A stretch of DNA of 64,000 nt. It comes from Octopus sinensis. Lineage: Eukaryota. The notes under the pieces are model-generated. The model ran no database searches, had not been told where the DNA came from, and saw only the letters and a list, made by a program, of their open reading frames with translations. Both the position numbers and the translations under genes were made by a program. The stretch is from contig NC_043021.1 of assembly GCF_006345805.1 (NCBI RefSeq), forward strand, positions 17,856,001-17,920,000. Reading direction: 5' to 3'. Shown here piece after piece: positions 13,381 to 27,287 of the stretch (its first letter is position 1; every line of letters begins with the position of its first letter).

Positions 13381-13589
13381 AAAATAAAAGCAGGTATTTG
13401 GAGAAAAAAGCAAGTATTTGCAGAAAAAAGGGTAGGGGCATAGAGAGTGAGAGATGAGATGTAAATATTCTAAGAGTAAAAAGCAGAACAGGAGAAAATG
13501 AAAGAGAAAGTACACTTGTAGAGAAGAAATATAAATAAGTGATGATACTTTAATAATGATAATAATAATAATCCCTTCTAATCTAGACA

Positions 13590-13790
13590 CAAGGCCTAAA
13601 ATTTGGTGAGAAGAGGCCAGTCGATTAGATCAACACCAGTATGCAACTGGTACTTAATTTCTCAACACCGAAAGGATGAAAGGCAAAGTCAACCTTGGCA
13701 GAATTTGAACTCAGAACATAAAGATATGAAATATCGCTAAGCATTTTGCCCGTCATGCTTACAACTCCGCCAGCTCGCTGCCTTGATAAT
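13590..13790 (-). mobile_element. SINE family C copy
   Basis: Contains GAAAGGATGAAAGGCAAAGTCAACCTTGGCAGAATTTGAACTCAG and the head GCCAGCTCGCTGCCTT, shared with many copies. Confidence 0.75.
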
Positions 13791-14579
13791 AATAAAAATT
13801 ATAATAATAGTGTTTCATAAAACAGTGTTTATGTTTCATAAGCCATTAAAGTAGGACTGAGATTTCATTGGACAGGAGTCAGTTTACAACCCGATTCTAT
13901 CACTTTCCCCAGAGGAATTTAAACTTAGAGTACAAAACAGTGATATTAAGTAGCACACAGGCATTTATTTATATATTTAGATTGCTTTTAAGTCTCCTTC
14001 AGTTTTGATTCCTCCGAGGGTGCGATAAACTGTGCACCAATCAAGTACCAAGATTACAGGAATCCAATGGTATTCCTCTGAAATATTTCAATTCATGACA
14101 AAACTTGGAGTTTGTATCCATAAATGGCTGATTAGATTTTAGAGAATATTAAACCATCATCATTTAACATCCACCTTCCATGCTGGCATGGGTGGAACAC
14201 GTAATTTATTGCTGCACCACCTCGTTTATAAAAGTAGGTTTGTCTCTGTACTAAAGCCAGAAATATTAATTTCAAAATATGGCAAAAGGCTAGCAATTTG
14301 GAGTGGGGAGAGGGTACATCGGCTTCAGTACTCAACTGGCACTTACTTTATCCAGCCTGAAAGAATAAAAGGCAAAGTCAACCTCAGCAGAATTTGAACT
14401 CAAAATATATTACAGTAATTGAACTTAATTGCCAGTAATTGCTAACAATTCTGCCAGCTCCCTATTACAGGGGTTAGGGTAGGTCCCTTGATTGAAGCTA
14501 GATGGATGTCCTTTCTTGGGTCACCACAGTTTGTTTCTGTTTTTCCATTCTTGTAATGTTTTTCGTTCATGGTTAAAAG

Positions 14580-14830
14580 CAGGGCTGTGGAGTTGGAGTC
14601 ATGGAGTCAGAGTCAGAAACAATTAAGGGGTAGCTGGAGTCGGTAAAACTATACCGACTCTAATTCCGACCCACAATGTCTTTATTCTTTAATATAAACT
14701 AGTTATAACATAAAGGCCTACTCAAAGTACAAGCGTATGCATATGCTTTAATGTAGACCACAATCACTTAATTACATAAGGAGAAGTCAGTGGTGTCAAT
14801 AGTACAGAAGTCAGAGTTGGCAAAATGTCT
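14580..14830 (+). mobile_element. Left end of a non-autonomous DNA element with GGAGTC subterminal repeats (hAT-like), partial
   Basis: Begins CAGGGCTGTGGAGTTGGAGTCATGGAGTCAGAGTC. No right TIR was found. Confidence 0.35.
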
Positions 14831-15151
14831 GTGTGTGTGTGTCTTTTATACAAATCCACAATTTTTCAGTTAGAGGGCTTGCACTTTCTATGGTCATTCA
14901 AAACCGTTCAAGAGTGGTCGTGCACATCTTTACATTTCCCCATTAAAAAATCAATAGAAGTGACTTTTTTGTGAATTTTCTATCCAAAACCCAATCAAAA
15001 TGCCCGAAACTTGATACGCCAATTGAATGCCAGCTAGCTGTATGTGATTGGTCGGAGATTTGGACAGTACTCACATGTATGTGCACACACACGCAGCTGT
15101 ATATGCATGCACTAGCACTATGACCCGGCAACGCTGGGTCATAGTGCTACT
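14828..15151 (+). mobile_element. Non-autonomous Helitron-like element ending in a long hairpin
   Basis: The terminus ACTAGCACTATGACCCGGCAACGCTGGGTCATAGTGCTACT has a 14-bp perfect stem (15113-15126/15136-15149). The same terminus occurs on the opposite strand at 45442-45482 and ends CTAGT. Confidence 0.5.
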
Positions 15152-15739
15152 AAGTAATAAAGACATTACCATAACATGGTGCTAGTAGAAGTGATGGGGA
15201 CAGTTCAATACTCTGGACATCCCCTTAACATATTTGATAGGAAATAATCAAAGGAACACATGAGACAAAAAAAAGAAGCCAATCACAACAACTGGTCAAG
15301 TATATGGTGGCTGCCAATATGGTTTTCAATTAGACTACCAAAATGACTGAGTACTAAATACTTCAATACAAAAAATAAAACACAAATAAAAATAGTCTTC
15401 ACCGAGATTCACTGACTAATGGCTGCATGTTAAATAAAAGCAAGTCGTGAATTCTTGAATTAGAACTAAAAATGTACCCCCCTCCCAACACACTCGGAGG
15501 CCAAGCCAACCACAGAATCAAAAAAGGGAGTAGCAAACTAAAAGCAAACACTAAAATCTAGTATATTCTTTCTTATAAAACATCCCAGATATGAATGGAA
15601 TAATAATAGAAATGGTATAGGCATGCAAAGTGCTGTTGTCGTTTAAACCAACCCCAAGACAGTAAGTTCCAATCAAGGTGTTCCAGTTATGATCATCCCG
15701 TTCATTTTCAAACAATGAATCCAAGACCACCATGATACA

Positions 15740-16110
15740 TTTCTGGGTTCAATTTGCACCAAGGCTGACTTTGTCTCTCATCCTTTCAGGGTTGATAAAA
15801 TAAGTACCAGTTGAGTACTGGGGTCAATGTAATCAGCTTCCCCTCCCATAAAATTGCTGGACTAGTGCCATAAATCTGAAATCATCATTATTAACACAGC
15901 AAGCTGGCAGAATCATTACAGCACCAGACAAAATCCTAAGAGACATTTCTTCTGGCTTTATGTTCTGGGATCAAATTCCACCAAGGTCGACTTTGCTTTC
16001 ATCCTTTCAAATTGATGAAATAAGTGCCAGTCGAGCACCACAGACAATGTAATCAACTATCTTCCTCCACACAAAATATCAGGCCTTGTGCACGTAAAGC
16101 ATAGAAAGGA
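15740..16110 (+). mobile_element. Two tandem decayed SINE family C copies
   Basis: The motif CAAGG..GACTTTG..TCATCCTTTC...ATAAGT.CCAGT occurs twice. Confidence 0.65.
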
Positions 16111-17232
16111 TTATTATTATTTTAAAAATGTAAGATGTGATTTGAAGAGAATTTTGCTGTTATCTCTAACAAGCAGAGCAGCACATGTAAGCTGCCCCTC
16201 CCTGTTTGGTGGTTCACAGACTGCACCAGAATTGAAACAATAAACCTGACACAGCATTCATTCTGCACCACCTCAACCACCATCACTACTACTACTACTC
16301 AGTATAACCTGTAGCAGTTACTTTCATCATCAACCTTTAAACATGGGTCTTCGGGGTGTATGTGTGTGTGTGTGTGTATATGTACTATAATTATGTATAT
16401 TGTATTATATATGAACTTATAGCTGTCATCTGGTTTATTCTACCCTTCAAAAATGTAACAGATATTAAATAGGTTACTCAGAGTGGTTTCAGGTCAGAGA
16501 CAAAGCAGTAAAACCAGCCACCGTAAAAGACATAATAAAAACCTTCTGTAACCATGATTACACCACAACACCATTCATTTACTTTTACAACACAAGCCAG
16601 AAGTGGCTGCTCCACATGCTGGCTCTGGCCACTAGAAACTGTAGCCAAGTCTCCATCCCTCTAATCACACATCTTTAAAAAGGTGGTGAATACATTGGAT
16701 AATGTAGGCTTAAACAGTTGAGCTGGGCATGAATGGAATGCAGTTGACATAATCTGTGCGATCTGGGTTGACCTGGGATTAAACATTTTCCTTAATTCGT
16801 TACAACACATCGTTAGTATGTGTGTGTGTGTGTGTGTGCATGTGTATCTTTTACTTGTTTCAGTCACTGGACTGCAGCCATGCTGGGTCTCTACCTTGAA
16901 GGGTTTAATTGAACAAATTGACCCCAATACTTATATGTAACAAATAAACATACACAGGGAGATAGTATTATTAATCTGTTGCTACTAACTTTCACTTTCT
17001 ATAGCCTGAAGTTGGCAAGATGATAACCTCATGTACAGGAGGACACTGATCTGCTGCAAGGTTCCATGGTGATTTGAGGCCCTTTTCTCTAGTCTCCAGA
17101 TGGGCACACACATAACAGATTCAAATAGTCATACGCACACAGATATATCAACATCTCTTTATATGTTTATGTGTATTATATATATATATATATACATATG
17201 TATATAAATTTCTCAATGATCTTGGTATTTGA

Positions 17233-17452
17233 CCCTTTCATTACTGTATTTATTTTGAGATGTTCTGTGTGTCTTTCAATTACTTTAAATATAACAAAGA
17301 ATTTAGTAAAATAACTTAGTCATCATTAAGCTAGTGTTAGGAACATAAATTGTGAATAAGGTTTGGTGGAAGATTTTAATTCAGAACTTTTGAAAACAAA
17401 ACATTTGTAGTCTGAGCCAGAGCCAGTTCCAGCCGGGTTGGTAACGAAAGGG
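17233..17452. mobile_element. piggyBac-type MITE, copy 2
   Basis: TTGA|CCCTTTCATTAC...GTAACGAAAGGG|TTAA. The internal sequence is colinear with 8435-8642. Confidence 0.8.
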
Positions 17453-18035
17453 TTAATAAGTGAAGAGATCTCAGCTGGTTTATGTGGTCCAGCTCCAGGT
17501 ATAAAACAACGATCTAGAGAGAGAGGCAGACAGACAAACAGGTCAAAGATCTGAGAGTAAAGTCGGTACAAAGTAGAACAACTGTGTGGGTGATTCAGCA
17601 CTAAAAGACATCTGTTGAAAACATGCAGAGTTACCTGAGTTACGTTCTGGAAAGTGTAGGGAGGGTATTATTCAATTGTTGAAATACCATCCCAAATTTA
17701 GAACAACAACAATAACGAAATAGTTATACAATTACACACGTACACCCACACATATCTGACAGTAGTGAAAGGTAAATGAACTAGACATGTAACAAGCTGA
17801 AGATATAAAAGTTTCAAGTCAGCCTATAAGCAATTACAGTGCATGTGGGCACCACCCAGGTAGCAGTGTCGAATGAACATATGAGGAAGCCTCTTGACTG
17901 TTTAGAAAGAGTAGTCAAATCTTTGTCTGTCTCCTCTCTTAGATTACACCTCACTGTCTTTACAAAAAGTCATTGGACAGTGTAGCTTTCCTAGATACAC
18001 TGACATACGAGATTGCCATGTGCAGATCACCTTAC

Positions 18036-18115
18036 ATCAGAGATCTGCTGAAGCAGAGCAGACCAAGGCCCAAGTAACAAGAGTAGCAGAAAATACAGTG
18101 AGTTGGTTGAACTCT
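18036..18115 (-). CDS. Candidate 80-bp cassette exon (phase 1 in, phase 0 out: ESSTNSLYFLLLLLLGPWSALLQQISD)
   Basis: Acceptor TTCATTGTTTTTCAG|AG and donor GAT|GTAAGG, in unique sequence. It is open in the frame that links the 29626 exon to MED13 exon 2. There is no homology support. Confidence 0.2.
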
Positions 18116-18637
18116 CTGAAAAACAATGAATAGGAAGTAATATTCCTTCCTGTAAAGATAGGTGTCAGAGGATTTGTCTTCATCACACACACACACACAC
18201 ACTGCAATGAACTTCAAGTGCACAGCCAGCATATTTTCACAGTGATGTAAATTGGAGAATGTCTGTCAACTCTATACTCTTCATCCTACTTTAATTTCTT
18301 TAGTGGTAATGGTGCTATGGGTCAAAAGAGATCCCAGCATTATTCCACATCGCCATTCTGTTACTTCATAAGATGTGTTCTTCATGGTAAAGCAAAATTG
18401 CACATACATCCATCATTTCATCATCCTTGTTCTACCAACCACTTTTGCTACTCGCATAGAATTAGCTGAGGAAAATTTTCTATAGCCTGATGCCCTTCCT
18501 GTCACCAACCCTCACTCATTTCCAAGCAAGGTGATATGACCAGACGTGTTTCATGGAAGATTGGAAGCAAAAGACACCACTTGTATGACAGTGGCGCTTG
18601 TTTACAACTATTACACACAAGTCAAGGTAAGGAGATG

Positions 18638-18672
<35 letters not shown>

Positions 18673-19646
18673 GACTTCTTAGTAAATCTAACCACAAGTC
18701 TTTGGTTGACCCAAGGCCATAGCAGAAGACAGTTGCCAAGGAACCATGCAGTGGGACTGAACCTGAAATCATGTGGTTTGAAAGCAAACTTCTCGCTACA
18801 CAGCCATGCCTGCACCTATACAACACAATGGGTGTACATTGAAATGGCTGTAAAGACAATTACCATAAGTGAAAAGGATTCACACTACAACATCCAAACC
18901 AGCTAGGTCATGGAGGATGGATTTTGCCTGGCTTTGCTGATATCTCCTGGTTCAATGTGATTGTTTCATGTGTGTGTACCTCCATTATACACGTATTCAC
19001 ACACACACACACACAGAGGTAAATACATAAATATACACATATAATTATAAACATTATATACATACATACACAGCACATGCTTATACTGTATAGATATATA
19101 TATGTATATAGATGTCTGCATGTATGTGTGCATTTCCTATACATAAATTATATAGGTCTGTGTATGGAATATGTGTGTCACTTAAATACACACAAGCATA
19201 TACATTCAAACATTTACACATATACATACATGTAGCACACATAGACAGTTCATATATACAAGAAGTTCAGTCGTGTTTAATAGTTTCAACAACACAAACA
19301 TAATAAAACCTGTTTTTAACAAGATAATATAGTCATTGAACCTGCTAGAAATAGCAACCATATCACCTTCTGACTACACCACTATGTCTGGGAAAAATAG
19401 GATGGTCATATCTGGAACACCATAGGTTTCCTTGATCAGAGTTGCAAACAAGCCCTATACATAGTCACTAGACCTAGTAGATACAGTAACCAACTTTCAT
19501 TCTAATGTCTTGGAAAAGAATATATATTGGTCAATAGAGTCCAAAGTGTTTTGTGCCTGGGAAAAAGAAATAAATGCCGATAAGCATTTTGTCCAAGCAC
19601 TAATGATTCTACCAACTTACTGCATTCAATAACTATATATATATAT

Positions 19647-19736
<90 letters not shown>

Positions 19737-22700
19737 TGTTTTTGAGTATACATTGTCTGGGAGATTCTTCTTATAGTAGGGGAAATAGCTAAATTCTTTG
19801 GCTGCTATTTCTAAAAGTTCAGTGTGTGGTAAAGTAAATTTTTTTGCTGAACCCTTATTATATAAAGTAATGTTTTATATATATATAATATACGCCAGTT
19901 TTTATACACAAATACAGATCTTCACAACACACACTATGAAGGAAATATATAATGTAAACAATCCAGATAGAAAAATAAAGCTCAATACAATGAAGTAAAA
20001 TGATAAGTTACACACACAAGAATGCATGTAAACATATAGTGAAGCACTACTACAGAACTACTATGTGCCCATATTTCGATGCTAGCAAAAGCATGAGGAA
20101 TTAAGAAAATTAAATGATTTCAGAGTGAGATTAACTGTCCCATTGCTCACAATTCGCAACTGTTGAAGTAAGGCGGAACAATGTCATTAACCAAGCAGGC
20201 AGAAAGAATGTGACAATATGCCTTGCTTGAGGGCAAGACACATTGGTTTTAGCCACGTGGTCCACAGAATCCAGTTGATTAACTCCCATAGAGTATCAAT
20301 CATTGTTTGGCGTATTTATTCTCAAGTCTTTGTTAACACAGATTAACTATAAAGAAGTAGTTGTAGTAGCAATAGTAAAGAAGGTTAGGAAAGCATGATA
20401 ATATCTGTTTGGGACAAGGCTATCATTGATGCAAAAGTAGTCAATGAAATGGAACCTAAACGAGAAAAAAAAAGGTATCACCAGGAATAGGAAAGTAGAG
20501 TTGTACAAAATTGTTTAACATTAGCAAATATGTATGCACGTTATGCATTATGTATAAAACCCATTGTATGTCTATGCACATGTATCTGAACAGAGATACA
20601 GATGTGTATGTCTGCACATATCAGATATATAAATATATAAGAAGGCAGTGCTTAAACATGGCCTTAATGTTTGTTAATGGCTAAAACAAATTATATATAT
20701 ATATATATAATGTGTGTGTGTGTGTTCCATTTGTAATGTGTGCATGTATGTCTGTACCTATCGACAAGCCAATACTGCTTCAGTCATTAACCAGCAGCCT
20801 ATCAAACATTACCAACAGACACTACTATTTGCTTTGCCGATTCCCCTGTCACACACAATCATAGAAACTGTTGAGTAATCATAAACGCCTCTTCTCCCCC
20901 AATCTCACACACTTTTCTTTGTTACCTCTTTGTACCCTCACATAACCTTTCTAGCTAACCATTTCTCTGTCTCTTTTCAGTATATCTCATCTTACAATGT
21001 CTTCTTTCCTCAATTTCTCGCTCTAAAATTGTTAGTGTCAAATGGCACGACCTGCTTCTAGGCAGGAAGGTCAGCCTTTTTGTAAATCGACCTTTTGCAC
21101 CTGGAGCAAAACTGTCTTTTCTCACTGACCAAGGCAATCACCACGAATAATTAAATACGATCAAGATAGTCAGTCAATCATACTGACAACATTTAATACA
21201 CTAATGAATACACACAGAGCAACCAAAGTAATGCAAAAACAGGTGGACACTTCTAAGTTTGGTCTTTTAGCTGATTTAGTAGTACTGGCAATAAAAAAAG
21301 GGTTTCCCCAATACCATCATTTTTGTCCAACACTACAGTAAAAAAAAAGGGGAGAGCAAAAAATTTCACTGATATAGGAGAACCCCTTGTCTTTAGAACA
21401 TCAGAGTTTGGAATCTAATCAAAGGGGAATAGTAATATACTGTACACATAGCCAACTAGTTTGGTCAGGGCAGTAGCTAAGAAACTCTGCTTAATTAGAG
21501 ATTCCCATATTATTAAAAATAATCTTTATTGTGATGATAATATTCCTACAGATTTCTTCTTCATAACAGTCAGTACAAAATCCCAGCCCCGAATGAGGAC
21601 CATACAGTAAGTTTCATACAAGACTACTAATTGCTTAAAACATGTTTTTTGTTTTAAGATGGCAGGATATGATTTAAGGGAATTGGCTGTTATTTCTAAA
21701 AAGCTCAAGCAAAAAGTAATCCAGGCTCCTTAACCAATTTGCCTGTTCTGTGTGCCATGCGTGAAACACAGGACCTATTTTCCAAACATCCCTGCATCAT
21801 ATACGATATACTCTCCCTTTTTTTTTTCTTTTATTTCCGACCACCAGAGTAACATGAGATTTATGCAAGGGAAGCTTTCTATTATTCAAAATACACGAAA
21901 CAAAGGCTTAACTAAAAGTCTGAAAACAGGCATGAACATTTTAGGACAAACTTGTGAAAATGTTTTGGACAGGTAATAGGTAAAATAGAACAAGACTTTT
22001 AACTATTTTGTAAAAGATTACTAGTTTTAAAATTCCTTCATGTCCCACCATTAGATAACTACAATGACTATGTGCATGCACCTGTGTGTGTGTGTGAGTG
22101 TGTGTTACATACAAACAATTTATTAAGTCAATAGAAATTTATCTAGGATCCACAGCCCAAATATTTCACACACACATACATATTCATGCAATAGGCAGCA
22201 ACTTAAACTGCTAGTACAAAGAGATCTAACAGGTGTATTACACACAACTAAAGCAAGTCATGCTGTACAACTGAACCAACACCAAACACACTCCTTGCTC
22301 TGTCACTGCGAGAAAGGAGAGTGGGGAGAGTGGGGCGGGGGGGGAGCCGGCTATGAAGGTAGGAGGGAAGATTCTTAATATTGAGAGGGGAGGGGGAGTA
22401 GTTTGCTGCAGTAAAATGATTTTTCTACCTCAGTACGTACATGTTTGCTAGGAAGACAATAAAATCAATGGCAATGAATCTAGGTTATCTCTATCTGGCA
22501 TGATATAGAAATAGCAAAAACAACCAAAACAAATAAATACATAATAAATAACGTTTGTAATCCTCCACACAGCAACACACCAAACCTCATAACACAGTTT
22601 ATGTAAGGAAGGGAATTAGGAAATATACACACACACACACACATATATACACACCTGCATGCACATACACATATATAGGTGTACATATACATGTATATTA

Positions 22701-24815
22701 CACACACATATTTACATACATAGCTATACATATACATGCATGTGTGTATGAATATGAATATATATATATACATATATAATCTCATACACACACACACACA
22801 TTACATTTGTAAATAAATCCCCGATTACGCTCAAGTTTGATCTTTTACATTAAGGATTTTTCCATATTCCTTTTCTAAGTCCTTTACATTCTTAAAATCC
22901 ATTAACATACTCTATCTCATCTTCATCCTCAGAATAAAATCTGTAGAATGCCGTTTTCAAGTACTTTGCATTGGTTTACAAAGGATCATATGAACAGTGG
23001 TGAATTTTCATTCTCTTCTCTTTTCTTTCCCTTCACAAAGCCAGATTTTAAAATTGTTTGACGATAAAGTTCAGTTATTTTCATTGGTAATTCCATCTGT
23101 TGAATTTTGACCAATATGTTTTGGATCAGCAAAGTTCCTGGAGACACTCATCTCACCGAGTGGGGGAATTCCATATGGAATTGTGCTGTCTGCTATTGTT
23201 TTCCTATAAATTTTTAGTGCATGTACACTATTTACTGTATTTGCAATAGCTACTTGTAAACAGAGGGCCAAACATCCAGAAAGTGTTGTACTTGTATGAC
23301 CCAAGAAGCAGTTTGATTCATGAGGTTTACAACTCCTATGGCTTCCATTGCAATCGAGATATGACATTGGTAATTTGAAGAAAATTCTGTAATTTGTTGA
23401 GTTTGAGTTAACAGAGATTTTCTTTCTAATATTTATGCAATGTAGGTGCAGGCTTGAACGTGTGAATAAGAGGCTCATTTCTCAATCATAGTTTCAGCTA
23501 CTGGTACCTTGGACAGATGTGTTCAGCTATAGCCCCAGAATGATGGAAGTTTTGAGAATGGATTTGAAGACACAAACTAAAATAAACCAGTTATATATAT
23601 ATATATATATATAATGCAAGCAGGAAAAATGAATGGTAAATGATGATAATGGTTATGTGTGTGTGTGTGTACCCTTTTCTTGGTATTGCATGCTGGTTGT
23701 AAAATGCATGTCACTGATATACTATGTTCACTTCCAATTTTTTTATGAAAAACACATCTGACCATGAGGAAATATTACCTTGCTTGGAAACAGGTGATTG
23801 TTAGCAACAGGAAGGAGATCCAGTCGTAGAAATACTATGGTAACAAATTTTGCCTGACCCAAGCAAGATTAGCGATACGTTTGCTGTGTATGTTTGTATA
23901 ATTGATTTCATATTTCCCCTCCTATATTCACTCCTCGGATCGAAAACACTGGATTCACTAATGAAATGATTAGCTTGCAGTGCATTACAGAAGTTTGTCC
24001 AGGCTTGACATACCTTAGCACTATTTGTGACATTTGTAAACAAAAGGTCCATTTCAGTGCTTGTTTCCAGTTCTCCACAGAATGCACATCCAGCTTGTTT
24101 GCTGCCTGACAGACAGAATGCAAGATATTATGCGTCTTGGAAACGGGTTAGTGGCTGACAACAGGAAGAGCATTTGGCTATAGAAAACTCTTCCCCAGCA
24201 CATTCTCATCCGACCCACATAAGCATGGAAAAGCAGTCATTAAAACGATGATGATTCAACGAGTTTGTGGCTGTACTTCACTTCACACATGCGGTTACTT
24301 TTTACTTCTGAGTTTCTTGCATGGATATTTTCGTTAGGTAAAACATTTACTGTAGCAGTTTCAGTGAAAATTACTCAATATTCCAGTAGGATAATTTTTC
24401 AAATCTAGCACTTGTAGAACTTTGATCATCATCATTACTCAAAGAACCAACAAAAACCAAACAGGAAGCAATGGTCTTAACAAAGAATTGAAATTCATCA
24501 TGAAAATATGTGCGCACATGTGTGTGCATATATATCGATGTGTATGTGTATCAATATTGTTATATTTACTTTTATATCTACATGGGCAGAAGGAATTTTT
24601 TTTGTACACACATATTCTTTCTTCCATTCTATCTTGTACACATATTCTTCCACGCTTGTTTCGAAGCAAGGTAATATTTCTCCTGGATGGATATGTTTCC
24701 ACAGAAGAATAGAAACAAATAACGCTGCTTGTATGAGTGATGCATCTTTAAAAACATCAAGTGATACCAAATCAAGGAATCAAAGACACACACACATATC
24801 TATATATATATATAT

Positions 24816-24854
<39 letters not shown>

Positions 24855-24959
24855 TATTCATAAATATACACTCACACATACATGTAAATATAAACAATGT
24901 GATTTGGCCAAAACTTAGCCCAAGACATGTCTAGCTCAATAGCATCACCTGAGTGAATA

Positions 24960-26064
24960 TGTAAAGCCATTTTTAAGTCATTTTCTAGTATCATGGCCCA
25001 TTCGAGCAGAGAGATGTACCCAGGTACAGATGGCCTTGTCTAGTATCGCTTGAAGAAACTTATCCAGGTATCATTTATTGGTGATAAGAATCATTTTTAC
25101 TGTTGATTTATTTAATAGGACAAAGCCTGTTGAGGAAAAGTAATTGTATTGCAGTGTGTTTATATGCTGTGAGTCTGAATTGTGTAGGGGAACACATGGC
25201 ACAGGCTCCTCGCTTTGAATGAATTCTGAATTTGATGTTAAGGTCATTTAGGTCGTGCTGGTGGTATTTTCCCCACATTGTGCAAATGCTGTAGCAATCA
25301 TAGTGGCACGGCATAAATGGAAGTTTCAGCAGTCCCAATAATTGAAAGTAATCATGCCCTTTTTATTGTTTTCAGTGATTGCTCTCCGAGGTGTTTTCAA
25401 TTCTTGTAATGTTTTGTTTGGTATAGGAAGACCATGGGAAGCAGCAGTGTTCTAGGTGTGGCCATACAAAGAAGGAATAAAGGAGGAGGATGAAATGTGG
25501 CTCTCTGGACCAGAGAGTTTCTGAGGATCCAAGAGTTCATTCTATGAGCCATATCACCTTTATTGTTGATGTGAGTCAACAATTCTAACAATCCTAGGTC
25601 TCATATCATTGGATGCCATGCATTGTGGTTCTCCTGAAGATAATATGGCTCTTTAAACATACTCTCTTTTCCAAAGTGCAGGAGTTTAAATTTTCCTTCA
25701 TCTAGCCTCATTCCGAGCTTGTCCGCCTATTGAATTACAGCATGCAGGTCAGACAGGAGTTTTGCTCCATCTTCTTTATTGATAAGTTTCTGAAACTTGA
25801 GGTCATCTGCAAATATTCTTATTTTGCTGTACTTATTGACACTTGAGATGTCATCTATTTTGACTATAAAGAGAAGTGGGCCCAAAACAGTCCCTTGGGA
25901 AACACTACTGGTGACCTTTGTTGGGCTTGAATGGATTCCATCAATCAGAACTGGCTGGGTTCTGTTTGCCAGGTAATGCTTGACCCAGGGCAGTAGTTTA
26001 CTAGAGATTGCAATATTGCACAATTTGAATAGTAGGACATTGCACCCAATTCTGTCAAAGATTT
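24960..26064 (-). mobile_element. Degenerate CR1/Jockey-group LINE ORF2 (RT) fragment
   Basis: ...SSVSQGTVLGPLLFIVKIDDISSVNKYSKIRIFADDLKF... gives the RT motifs QG..LGP.LF and FADD. Disrupted C-terminal part runs down to LDKFLQ at ~25.05 kb. Confidence 0.85.
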
Positions 26065-26124
26065 CACACACACACACACACACACACATATAAACATTAC
26101 AACATCAGTGTTCAAGCCAGCACC

Positions 26125-26310
26125 AAACATCATCATCGTTTAACGTTCATTTTCCATGCTAGCATGGGTTGGATAGTTCAACCAGGGTCTGGGAAGCCAG
26201 GAGGCTGCGCCAGGCTCCAGTCTGACCTGGCTGTGTTTCTACAGCTGGATGCTCTTCCTAATGCCAACCACTCCGTGAGTGTAGTGGGTGCTTTTTATGT
26301 GCCGCCAGCA
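26125..26310 (-). mobile_element. SINE family A copy
   Basis: Colinear with 1868-2052. Confidence 0.8.
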
Positions 26311-27132
26311 CGGATATCTTTAAGGTGATATAAAAGCTATGTTGAGTAGCTGTTTTATATAAATATGATGGAATCTCCTGTTGAAGATGACGTATGAGCA
26401 TTCAGTTTTGGCTGAATGATCTGCACAGAATGGTTTGTTCATAGTGATCAAATGTATGTCCTGTACATCAGCACACTCCTTCCATCAAATTGATATTACC
26501 TGAACAGGTGCAAGGTGTACCACACATCAAGTTTCAAAGAGACAGAATATCGCGAGGTGAAGAGTTTTGCTCAAGAACTCAACACACCAACTGGTCCAAG
26601 AAATGAAACCACGATCTCACAATCATGAGTGCAACTCCCTAACCACTAGGCTACGCACTTCCATATATGCACAAATATATATTCATATCAATATATACAC
26701 ACACACACACATATATATATATATATGAACACATTTGTATACATACATAAGTACATGTAAGTATATATTATATATATGCACATACTTGTATACATACATA
26801 AGTGTGTGTGTATACATATGCATGAAAATATTTGTATACACACATAAGTGTGTACGTGTGTATATTCACAAATTAGTATACATCATAATCACTGCTTTAA
26901 TATCCCTTTTCCATGCTTGCATGTGTCAATTGGAACTTGTTGAGGCAAATTTTTCAACAGCCAGATTACACCGCAGGTTGCCAACTATCTCATTCCAAAC
27001 AAGGTAATATTTCCCCACGTCCAGGTCGTATTTTTGCAGAAAATTGGATGGAAACGAACCTCACTGCTTGCATACCAGTAATACAACTGACACAATGTCA
27101 AAAGAGGGAGTCAGAAACATACACTCACATGC

Positions 27133-27167
<35 letters not shown>

Positions 27168-27243
27168 GCTTTTTTTCATATATCTAATGCATTCTATAAG
27201 GCTTTAGTCAGTCAGCAGTTATAATAGTACACGTGTGTGTGTG

Positions 27244-27287
<44 letters not shown>

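Noticed and set aside
22860-23580. 135-aa minus-strand ORF, protein-like pieces in other frames (AFYRFYSEDEDEIEY), and a 69-bp exon-like segment at 23508-23576
   Set aside because: There is no recognisable homology and all frames are interrupted. The exon-like segment has a weak donor and stops in both frames that could connect to the exons upstream.
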